NCBI RefSeq assembly: GCF_032444005.1
Contig: NC_091290.1
Coordinates: 142,786,001 to 142,850,000 of the forward strand
Length of the DNA: 64,000 nt
Direction: 5' to 3'
DNA from: Ranitomeya imitator
Lineage: Eukaryota
Positions within the stretch are counted from its first letter, which is position 1. Every line of letters begins with the position of its first letter. This document shows positions 39,469-50,300 of the stretch, piece by piece. The notes beneath the pieces are model-generated. The model ran no database searches. It was given only the letters and a program-made list of their open reading frames with translations, and was not told the origin of the DNA. Made by a program: the position numbers and the translations under genes.

Positions 39469-42400
39469 TCAGCCCCGCAGCTCGCTGATCTTCTCCATGA
39501 ACGCCACCACCCTGTCATAGTCAACGCTCTTCCTCCAGTCGCCGCCATGTTTGAAGTGGGAGCCGACGATCATGGCGCTGGCCTCCGCGTACGTCTCCAC
39601 ATTGTCCAGCGTCACCCCAGATCCGACGAGCGCGGGGATGCGGACGGAGCGCTGCACCTCTAGGATGCAAAGAAAAGGGTCAGAAAACAACTTTTTACCA
39701 CGATTTCTGAAGCCTCCTTAGAATCTGCCACTGATACTTCTCACAGCTGGGAGTTTGTTACAATGTATCAGCGCAGGGAAAGTGCAAAACACAAGAGAAC
39801 ATCACCAGACAGTCGGGTTGTATCTGCGCTGATGCAATAGTAGCGAAGTCCCAGCTGTGAGGCAGCAGCTGTCATTGATCCCCCGTACTCCACCTTTCAG
39901 CTCCGCCGCATCGGCTTCTTGCCCGGTCGCGACTCCGGTCAGTATGACTCCATCCGCTAAAAAGAACTCCGCCGCCCTCGCCGTCTCCGAGATCGAGACG
40001 TCGGCCGTCACCGCGTGGGAGCTGAGAACAGACATTGCCTTAAAGGGGCCATCCGAAAAAAATAGCCGCACAACGCTCTCATAGTTTATTTGTACTTTTT
40101 CAGGGTCTCCGCTTGCTGTAAAGAATCGCCCACCGTCTGCTCACACTGACCTGTGCTTCTTCTTAATGTCGGCAAAGATCTGGATGTGTTCGGCGCCGAT
40201 CTCCTTGCGATAGCGCAGCAGATCCCCGGCGCAGGCGTGCACCAGGCCTTCATCAGCAACGTGAGAGAAGACAAAGCCCTCGGCTCGGATGAAGTCCAGC
40301 CCTGCACCACAGCAAAGATCAAGGGTCGGCTGGGAGTCACGTACCCGGGGGTCCTGGTCTGAGAGGGGTGGCCACCCGGATTTCCCAGGAGTAGATAGGA
40401 TAGGGAGGCGGCGGAGGGTCAATAGCACATGAGCGGGGTCACCATCATCATCGGATCGAGCCCTGATCACTCAGCTGAAGGGTTTGTTCCAATGTATCAG
40501 GAGAAAGACTGTGTCTGCAGGACGAAGTCAAGATGGGCTCTCACCCTCCAAATGTAAGCCAAACTGCCTAGGTTTGCCATTGAGGAAATAGAAAGCTGGG
40601 TTACAGCCTAGGTTTACCATTGATGATACTGGGAAAGCTGGGTTACAGCCTAGGTTCGCCATTGAGGAAACCGAGAAAGCTGGGTTACAGCCTAGGTTTC
40701 CCATTGATGACACTGGGAAAGCTGGGTTACAGCCTTGGTTTGCCATTGAGGAAACTGGGAAAGCTGGGTTACAGTACTAGGTTTGCATTGAGGATACTGG
40801 GAAAGCTGGGTTACAGCCTAGGTTTCCCATTGATGATACTGGGAAAGCTGGGTTACAGTACTAGGTTTGCATTGAGGATATTGGGAAAGCTGGGTTACAG
40901 TACTAGGTTTGCATTGAGGATACTGGGAAAGCTGGGTTACAGCCTAGGTTTCCCATTGATGATACTGGGAAAGCTGGGTTACAGTACTAGGTTTGTATTG
41001 AGGATATTGGGAAAGCTGGGTTACAGTACTAGGTTTGCATTGAGGATACTGGGAAAGCTGGGTTACAGCCTAGGTTTACCATTGATGATACTGGTAAAGC
41101 TGGGTTACAGCTTAGGTTTGCATTGAGGGAAATCTGGGATAAAGCAATTTCAAGCTACAAAGTGGAAAAACAATGGGTAAACCTGGATTCACTGTGCGCT
41201 GCTGAATAACTGGAAGTCCGGGCGTATTATCAATATAAATTGTAATTTTTATTAATTCTGTGTCATTTTGTGGTGTTTCCTGATGAAGTCTTAGAACTTT
41301 GAGACGTGCCGAATGAATAAAAACCACAATTTATATTGATAATACGCCCGAACGTCCAGTTATTCAGCAGCGCAGAGTGAATCCACATTTACCCATTGTT
41401 TTTCCCTTCGGTTGGTCACTATTGGACCTGTGGATCTGCTGCAGCGAATACGTCTATAAGCTTAATTTTAGCTCCATCTGATGAGTTCAATTAAATCATA
41501 TTAAACCACTAGCTGAAGAGCAGTGCATTGCCCGAGCATAGTAACCAACTGTTGTTAGCTACAGCAAATTATAATGATTATCCTCCATCCCATAGTCCCG
41601 TGCCCATATACTCATTATGACACCATCGTCGATACATAAACACATACACTCGTTTTTATATATACACTGCTCAAAAAAAAAATAAGGGAACACAAACAAC
41701 AGAATCTAACTCCAAGTAAATGAAACTTCTGTGAAATCAAACTGTCCACTTAGGAAGCAACACTGATTGACAATCAATTTCACATGCTGCTGTGCAAATG
41801 GAGTAGACAACAGATGGAAATTATTGGCAATTATCAAGACCCCCTCAATAAAGGAGTGGTTCTGCAGGTGGGGACCACAGACCACATCTCAGTACCAATG
41901 CTTTCTGGGTGATGTTTTGGGCACTTTTGAATGTTGGTTGTGCTTTCAGACTCATGGTAGCATGAGACGGACTCTACAACCCACACAAGTGGCTCAGGTA
42001 GTGCAGCTCATCCAGGATGGCACATCAATGCGAGCTGTGGCAAGAAGGTTTGCTGTGTGTCAGCGTAGTGGCCAGAGGCTGGAGGCGCTACCAGGAGACA
42101 GGCCAGTACACCAGGGAAGATGGAGGGGGCTGTAGGAGGGCAACAACCCAGCAGCAGGACCACTACCTCCGCCTTTCTGCAAGGAGGAGCACTGCCAGAG
42201 CCCTGCAAAATGACCTCCAGCAGGCCACAAATGTGCATATGTCTACACAAACGGTTAGAAACCGACTCCATGAGGATGGTCTGAGGGCCCGACGTCCACA
42301 AATAGGGGTTGTGCTCACAGCCCAGCACCGTGCAGGACGCTTGGTATTTGCCACAGAACACCAGGATTGGCAAATTCGCTACTGGCGCCCTGTGATCTTC

Positions 42401-45400
42401 ACAGATGAAAGCAGGTTCACACTGAGCACATGTGACAGACGTGACAGAGTCTGTAGACGCCGTGGAGAGCGATCTACTGCCTGCAACATCCTTCAGCATG
42501 ACCGGTTTGGCGGTGGGTCAGTAATGGTGTGGGGTGGCATTTCTTTGGAGGGCTGCACAGCCCTCCATGGGCTCGCCAGAGGTAGCCTCACTGCCGTTAG
42601 GTACCGAGATGAGATCCTCAGACCCTTTGTGAGACCATATGCTGGTGCGGTTGGCCTTGGGTTCCTCCTAATGCAGGACAATGCCAGACCTCATGTGGCT
42701 GGAGTGTGTCAGCAGTTCCTGCAAGATGAAGGCATTGAAACTATGGACTGGCCGCCCGTTCCCCAGACCTGAATCCGATTGAACACATCTGGGAAATCAT
42801 GTCTCGCACCATCCACCAACGTCACATTGCACCACAGACTGTCCAGGAGTTGGCGGATGCTTTAGTCCAGGTCTGGGAGAACATCCCTCAGGAGACCTTC
42901 CGTCGCCTCATCAGGAGCATGCCCAGGCATTATAGGGAGGTCATACAGGCACATGGAGGCCACACACACTACTGAGCATCATTTCCTTGTCTTGAGGCAT
43001 TTCCACTGAAGTTGGATCAGCCTGTAACTTCATTTTCCACTATGATTATCATTCCAAATCCAGACCTCCATGGGATGTTAATTTGATTTACATCGATAAT
43101 TTTTATGTTTTATTGTTCTCAACACATTCCACTATGTAGTGAAATATTTTATTCAGTGATATCTAGGATGTGGGACTTTAGTGTTCCCTTTATTTTTTTG
43201 AGCAGTGTATACAGATTTGTATCCTGTATAAGACCCTATTTGCGCTATTTTCTCCAGCAGCACTTATAAGCTACAAAGTTCATGATACCCAGCTTTCCAT
43301 GGTTTCTGAATGCACACAATGGACATACTTCTCTCACTGATGTTTACCTGCCGCCAGTGCAACTGCCAGGGCCTGCTGATTGCCGCAAGCGAGAACCTGA
43401 ACACCGAGAGGGAGTCGTGGGCATGTCTGCCTGACAGCGGCACAGACAGCGGCCATGGATGCTGTAACCTCCGGTCCGATACGAAGGGTATACGGGACGT
43501 CATTCATGTTCTCCACTATCAGGCCATCCTGGTAAGAGAAAAATCACCGATTTCAGTGACGGCTCAAACAATCCACAGTGCAGGTCACTCTCCAATGTCA
43601 CAGTCGCTGCACCACTGATCAACAAACAGATAAATGCCAAGCAGAGCGAAACACCAGCAAAGGGGTGATGTCTACTGCTTAGAGTTACAAAGGATTGCTA
43701 TACTCATTTCTGCTGGGATACATGGTAAGATCCTGACTGCAGCCACCACTAGGGGGAGCTCCCTGTATACAGAGATATATGGTAAGATCCTGACTGCAGC
43801 CACCACTAGGGGGAGCTCCCTGTATACAGAGATACATGATAAGATCCTGTCTGCAGCCACCACTAGGGGGAGCTCCCTGTATACAGAGATACATGATAAG
43901 ATCCTGTCTGCAGCAGCCACTAGGGGGAGCTCCCTGTATACAGAGATACATGATAAGATCCTGTCTGCAGCCACCACTAGGGGGAGCTCCCTGTATACAG
44001 AGATACATGATAAGATCCTGTCTGCAGCCACCACTAGGGGGAGCTCCCTGTATACAGAGATACATGATAAGATCCTGTCTGCAGCCACCACTAGGGGGAG
44101 CTCCCTGTATACAGAGATACATGATAAGATCCTGTCTGCAGCCACCACTAGGGGGAGCTCCCTGTATACAGAGATATATGGTAAGATCCTGACTGCAGCC
44201 ACCCTGCAGTCACCACTAGGGGGAGCTCCCTGTATACAGAGATACATGATAAGATCCTGTCTGCAGCCACTACTAGGGGGAGCTCCCTGTATACAGAGAT
44301 ACATGGTAAGATCCTGACTGCAGCCACCACTAGGGGGAGCTCCCTGTATACAGAGATATATGGTAAGATCCTGACTGCAGCCACCACTAGGGGGAGCTCC
44401 CTGTATACAGAGATACATGATAAGATCCTGTCTGCAGTCACCACTAGGGGGAGCCCCCTGTATACAGAGATACATGACAAGATCCTGTCTGCAGCCACCT
44501 CTAGGGGGAGCTCCCTGTGTACAGAGATACATGATAACATCCTGTCTGCAGCCACCACTAGGGGGAGCTTCCTGTATACAGAGATACATGATAAGATCCT
44601 GTCTGCAGCCACCACTAGGGGGAGCTTCCTGTATACAGAGATACATGATAAGATCCTGTCTGCAGCCACCACTAGGGGGAGCTCACTGTATACAGAGATA
44701 CATGATAAGATCTGTCTGCAGCCACCACTAGGGGGAGCTCCCTGTATACAGAGATACATGATAAGATCCTGTCTGCAGCAGCCACTAGGGGAAGCTCCAT
44801 GTATACAGATACATGATAACATCCTGTCTGTAGTCACCACTAGGGGGAGCTCCCTGTATACAGAGATACATGATAAGATTCTGTCTGCAGCCACCACTAG
44901 GGGGAGCTCCCTGTATACAGAGATACATTATAAGATCCTGTCTGCAGCCACCACTAGGGGGAGCTCCCTGTATACAGAGATACATGATAAGATCCTGTCT
45001 GCAGCCACCACTAGGGGGAGCTCCCTGTATACAGAGATACATGATAAGATTCTGTCTGCAGCCACCACTAGGGGGAGCTCCCTGTATACAGAGATACATG
45101 ATAAGATCCTGTCTGCAGCCACCACTAGGGGGAGCTCCCTGTATACAGAGATACAATATAACTTGATGCTATGGGATTATACAGTGAACAAGTTTTATAT
45201 TAACTAAAAAAAAGAAAAACTTTGAAGACTTCTCACTGAAGTTTAGAGGAGCGAGGTTGATAATTAGCAGGGAAGGTTTCCATACCAGTCTCCTTTGCCA
45301 TCTGAAGATGGAGAGGAATGTAGACATGTCACCTGAATAACACAAGACCAGGCATTGCTTACAATCCCAGCTTTCCTGTAGACCTCTGCCTCCTGACACG

Positions 45401-45595
45401 CCTGCTCCAGGACCTGCCCCACAGGTAATGTACAGCCTGGAGATCCTATTCATCAGGGACAATGGAAACATTAGCATCACAATGAAAAATTAGCATCACA
45501 GCCCCCCAGCCTGGAAGCCCACCTGGTAAAGCTTTCAGATGCACCATGCCTATGACAATGGACCGCCACCTTCCAAAGAGTTGCAAAAACTTCAT
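39469..45595 (-). CDS. BtpA/SgcQ-family TIM-barrel protein (F13E9.13-like), 268 aa. Coding exons 45595-45523, 45445-45363, 43528-43348, 40301-40151, 40021-39894, 39659-39469
   Basis: [25 protein letters not shown]|[27 protein letters not shown]|[61 protein letters not shown]|[50 protein letters not shown]|[43 protein letters not shown]|[62 protein letters not shown]. 73+83+181+151+128+191 = 807 nt, with all five introns GT-AG and phases consistent. Family motifs: GMVHLxALPG, DGLIVEN..D.PY, ADIKKKH, DGVILTG..TG, VGSGVT, IVGS.FK. A minus-strand AATAAA lies at 39366-39371. Confidence 0.92.
40565..41126 (+). repeat. 42-bp minisatellite (gggaaagctgggttacagcctaggtttcccattgatgatact) in intron 3 of the BtpA-like gene
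   Basis: About 13 tandem copies; it explains the [17 protein letters not shown]. Confidence 0.93.
41665..43207 (+). mobile_element. Full-length Tc1/mariner transposon with a frameshifted transposase, in intron 3 of the BtpA-like gene
   Basis: TA|cactgctcaaaaaaaaaataagggaacac ... gtgttccctttatttttttgagcagtg|TA, 1543 bp, with TA TSDs. Confidence 0.93.
41962..42975 (+). pseudogene. Tc1 DD34E transposase pseudogene
   Basis: [32 protein letters not shown], then a frameshift at ~42060. It continues ...VIFTDESRF...MVWGGIS...[10 protein letters not shown]...DWP, then a second frameshift at ~42760. It ends [10 protein letters not shown]...GGHTHY* at 42975. Confidence 0.9.
43717..45154 (+). repeat. 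57-bp minisatellite (~25 copies), each unit with a CTCF-like core CCACTAGGGGGAGC, in intron 2 of the BtpA-like gene
   Basis: The unit is atgataagatcctgtctgcagccaccactagggggagctccctgtatacagagatac. The 19-aa periodicity in the ORF track confirms 57 bp. Confidence 0.96.
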
Positions 45596-46339
45596 TGCCT
45601 AAAATAAATAATTCCAGAATTTAGATCACACTGGATCCCCAGCGAAAACCTGTACTGAATGCATTCACTGGGTAAAGACTTGTCAGGTAGCCAGAACTTG
45701 GGACTAGTGTGGGGGGGTGGGGGGCGGGGGGTGGTGATCAGTGCTCCGGGGGCTTCAAAAGGGGGTGAATGATCCAATATTAGAAGGTTTGGGGAAGGGC
45801 TCCACTTCCTTCAGGTATACCCCCAGATAAGAAGGGGGGGGGGGGGGGTCACAGTACATTTGTAGGCCTGACATTCCAGTCTCTGGAGGGGACATTGGTG
45901 TTTTTGCTTTTTCAGTATCATCTCCGGCTATCAAGGTGACTCTTCTTGGCCCAGGTCAGAATTAAAAAAAGCTCAGATCTGGTCCAAACTGATTGTGAAA
46001 AAATCCACCCTTAATAGTATGTGTGGAAACTTTCACTACAAGGACCTGCAGCCCCCCCCAATCTTGAATATAGGGGTCTTTGTCCTTAGCTCCCAGAGAG
46101 CTCGTCCGTGTGACATCCGTTTTTATACAGCAATCAAAATAGGTTTGCAGTCCTCCTGAACTACAAAACGCTGGTGTGAACAAGCCCTAAACCCGAGGAG
46201 CCGTTTTTACAGATTAACCCTTAATAATCCCTGATTTTTCAGCCCCATTAATGTTTGTTATGTGATCACAGCTGAGAGATTAGAACACGAGTGGAATAGA
46301 GGGGGCCCTGCGTGACCCCGTACAATGGATCCGCCTGTG

Positions 46340-46580
46340 TAACCGATAGACCCTCACCCCAATACTCCGCGCCCCCCGCTCCTCGCTGTTGACATCCAGC
46401 AGCCCACGTGTTCTGCCCACTTCCAGGTTCCTGTCCCGCCTCCCCCGCTCCACGCCCTGGGCGCCAGTCCCTCCCTGCGGTCCCCGGTCCCGACTGCCAG
46501 CGTTTATAACGGGGGAGGCCGGGGATTGCCTGAACAGCCCCCCGAAAAGCCCAGAACGCCTGATGCTCACCGCCAAGGAC
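46340..46580. promoter_or_regulatory. CpG-rich candidate bidirectional promoter shared by the BtpA-like gene (-) and CCNE1 (+)
   Basis: This GC/CpG-rich patch lies between the two divergent coding starts, both of which are preceded by splice acceptors. It contains GC boxes, an ETS core cacttcc (~46419), an E2F-like tgtcccgc (~46432) and a minus-strand donor GGG|GTGAGG (exon ending 46358). A candidate CCNE1 UTR exon lies at 46771-46835. Confidence 0.55.
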
Positions 46581-47348
46581 CGGTGCCCCCCATTTTCTAG
46601 ATTTACCTGCTAGCTTTACCTGCCCCCCAGCTTCTCTTAGGGGGGTACCCTGTAGCCACCATGCAGCTGTGCAGTCATTCTCCATGAGACCCCTATTTCT
46701 CTGGTGCCCCCCCCCCCCCACTTTTCTGCCCCTTTAAACTAATCTATTTATTTTTCCCCTTTGAATTCAGACTTTTTACTCACTTTCCCCCTCGCTGCCC
46801 CCCCTTGCTCAGCATCCTGCACCCCAACATCTGTGGTAAGTTCTTGGCACGGTTTTTACACTTTTAGGGGGTCCCCATAGTTTATTTGGGGGTGGGGAGC
46901 GCTAACTTGTTCTATGGGGGTCTCCAGTAAAGAGCTGCCCGTTTGCTGTGCATGTGGCACTGTAGGCCTCACCAGGCTTGAAATGGTTAATGCTTTGGAC
47001 CCTTGCCAAAGTGGATAGCCCTGCTGGCCTTATCTATTGGCATGCAAGAGGGTCAATTTTGCAAATTAGGGGGGTGGGGGGGACAATCCCGCCCTCCTCT
47101 CCTCCTATATAAACTTTGCAGCCATTCTCCAGCTTGGCTCACTTTTTGGGGGGCTATGTGTGTAGGAGGCCAGCACTCTGGATTAAGTCTCTGGTGAAGG
47201 CGATGTCTTGAGACCCCAGCTGCCCAGCACCGAACTTCTGCACTTTCACCCTGAGACCCCCAGCTGCCCCCTAAATGTAAATATTCCCCCCCCTGCTTCT
47301 CTTCATTTCAGCTGCGACCCCTGCAAATTCCACCCCTGGGACCCTGAG

Positions 47349-50300
47349 ATGCCCAATATGAGGTAGGTGCAGAGCCCCCCATCCAGTCCTCCACCCATCC
47401 CCCTCCTGGGACCTATTTATTAATATTTTATTATTATTTTCAGTAAATGCCTAGAAGAAAATCCTACAAAGGAGGAGAGGAGCGAACACTCCAGGAAGAG
47501 GAAGGCAGATATGGCCACTGTAAGTGCCTACAGGGGGTCTATGGGGGGCTGCTGTGGGGTGTATGGGGGGCTGCTGCTCACTGTCTACTGCTTATTTATG
47601 CAGTTTCTGCAAGATCCAGGAGAAAACTCAGACATGGAGCTTATGGAAATGAACAGGAAGAAGCAGTTCGAGCAGCAGGTAATGGCGGATACTTTGTATC
47701 ACTTTCTACAGATTTGTTTGTAAATAGAACGTTGTTTGTTCTGTGCTCTGGATACATTGTATGGGGATGTGCTGCCCAGAGATTCCCCCTCCAAAAAAAC
47801 TAACCCTTCATATTGTGAACACCTGATTACATGCAATCCCCCCACACTGGTCTCTGATGTCCATCCTGCACATTATATGGATTTGTTGTAAGGGCTTATA
47901 CTGTGAATCCATTTACCCTGATAATAGGATCCCTGGCTGTACAGCAAAGTGGGCATCCATGTTACAATGGACTTTTCTCCTCCCCTGGAACACATAGGCG
48001 AAGACGCACACACGTGTCTCATTGTACACTTTTTTTTTTTTTTCTTGCACATTCTGTAGTGTTTGTCATTTTGAGCTATTAAATATTTATTTTTATAGCA
48101 CTTTTCTCACCTTTTAACTAACTGGTGTGCTGCCTCCATTTTGTAAAAAAAAATTTTTATATATTANNNNNNNNNNNNNNNNNNNNNNNNNNNNNNNNNN
48201 NNNNNNNNNNNNNNNNNNNNNNNNNNNNNNNNNNNNNNNNNNNNNNNNNNNNNNNNNNNNNNNNNNNNNNNNNNNNNNNNNNNNNNNNNNNNNNNNNNNN
48301 NNNNNNNNNNNNNNNNNNNNNNNNNNNATAGCTGAGTTTTAGCATACACTTGCCCCTATTGACCCCCTTCCCAGCTGCTGAGTGGAGGGGCTTTATAGCA
48401 ATGCTAATGGATTACCTGGCATATATGTTTTCTACCTGTATAAATACAGTTAGTGTGTGCTTGGCACTTTTATCATTTAGGCTATTCCTATATTATTATT
48501 ATTATTTTGATTATTTAATATTATTGATGTTACTTTTTAATATTTTTAACCATGTTAATTTGAGTATTCTAGATTATATACTATTAGTACTGCAATAAAA
48601 ACATATTAGTACTTATAATAGTACTAATATGTGTACTAATGTACTAATACTAATGTATATCACTAAACATTAGTGATACATATTATGTATCACTAATACT
48701 CCTCTCCAGCTGCCTCTGTAAGGCTATGTGCACACGTTCAGGTTTTTTCGCGCTAAACGCAATAAAAACTCATTAAAAACGCATACATTATGCATTCTAT
48801 CACTTAGAATGCATTCTGCATGTTTTGTTCACATGGATGTATTTTTTTACCGTGAGAAGAAAAAAAAAAAAAAAAAAACGCATCGCGGTAAAAAAATGAG
48901 CATGTTCATTATTTTTGCGGATTTTCTGCGTTTTTCCCGCAATTCTATGCACTTGGGGAAAAAAACGCACCAAAAACGCATGCGGATTTCTGGCAGAAAT
49001 GTCTGGGTTTTTGTCAGGAAAATTTCTGCAAGAAATCCTGACGTGTGCACATACCCTAAGTGTAGTCTGATCTGGTGTTTGCTCCTCACAGGGCGAGATG
49101 CTCTGAAGCTTGGGAACCCATGGGAGTTGTAGTCCAGTGACCTCCTTGTACATTAGATCCGGTCTTCGTCATGTGTAGGGGCAGGGTGCCACACTGACCA
49201 ATATGCCAACACAGAGATCAGATGACAAGAGGTTAATAAAGCAGAGATAATACATTTTTTTTTTCCCATTTTTAGGCTGATCGGAGCTTTAACTTGTGGC
49301 AATGCAACAACCAGTTTGTCCCTAGACCCCAGAGACAACCCTGGGCGCCATACATTACCCCTGGTCCCGAATACGCCAGCCTGAGATTCCGGTGGTCTTC
49401 ATTCTCTCCTCTTCCACCTCTCAGGTATACAACTAAGTACCATAGTGGATAGTACCATAGTGGATTGTAGTCCTAACTGCTTGGACATCATGGGGGATAT
49501 GAAGTTTAGTGATTATATTTTTATGGTGCTCATGATTATTTATTTATTTATATATTTATTTTTTGCAGCTGGGCGAACCCAGATGATGTGTGGCAGAACT
49601 TGCTGCTCAAAGACGCAACATACGTAAGGGACAAGAATGTCTTTCAAAGACACCCGAATATGGACGGGAGCATGAGGTCTGTGCTGCTGGACTGGCTGAT
49701 GGAGGTGAGTATGCTGCGCCCCACTTGTGTTCCCGGCGGTCTCGCCCATAGATCTTAGTGATTGGATACTCCGGTTAGGACATTATTTTATATATTTGGC
49801 CACTGTGCTTCTCTGATAATTGGCAGATGCTGCCCCTCTTGGTTGGATTGCTGCACCTCTTGGTCGGATTGCCGCACCTCTTGGTCGATCCCATACCGTC
49901 TCACAGCCGATCCCTTTTCATCGTCAGGTTTCCGAGGTTCATAAGCTACACAGAGAGACTTACTACCTGGCACAAGATTTCATGGACCGCTTTCTGGCGA
50001 CACAAGCGAACGTGAGGAAATCCAAGCTGCAGCTCATCGGCGTCACCTGCCTATTCATCGCCTCCAAGATGGAGGTAGGTGCCTTCTCTTGCCTCCTTTT
50101 TTGATCCCCTGGATCTCTTGATTGGCGGGGTCCCCCCCCCCCCTTACCCTGTAATGTGCCCACCCTGTGCCGCTGGTTGGCATCATCTAAGATCCAAAGC
50201 TTCACTGATTGTAAATTCCATCTTCTGCGAATCCTTCAGTAATTGTCTGAATTCTGGCATTTTAGGAGATCTACCCTCCGAAGCTCCACGAGTTCTCCTA

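Noticed and set aside
43634-45207. Repetitive ORFs on both strands
   Set aside because: They come from the 57-bp array in an intron of the BtpA-like gene.
47447-47803. MPRRKS... ORF as the cyclin E1 N-terminus
   Set aside because: The conserved SRKRKAD motif is in another frame, which joins in phase with the ATG exon at 47349 and the FLQDP exon.
49092-49140. Alternative CCNE1 exon after cctcacag
   Set aside because: There is an in-frame TGA after four codons, whereas 49276-49424 is open and homologous.
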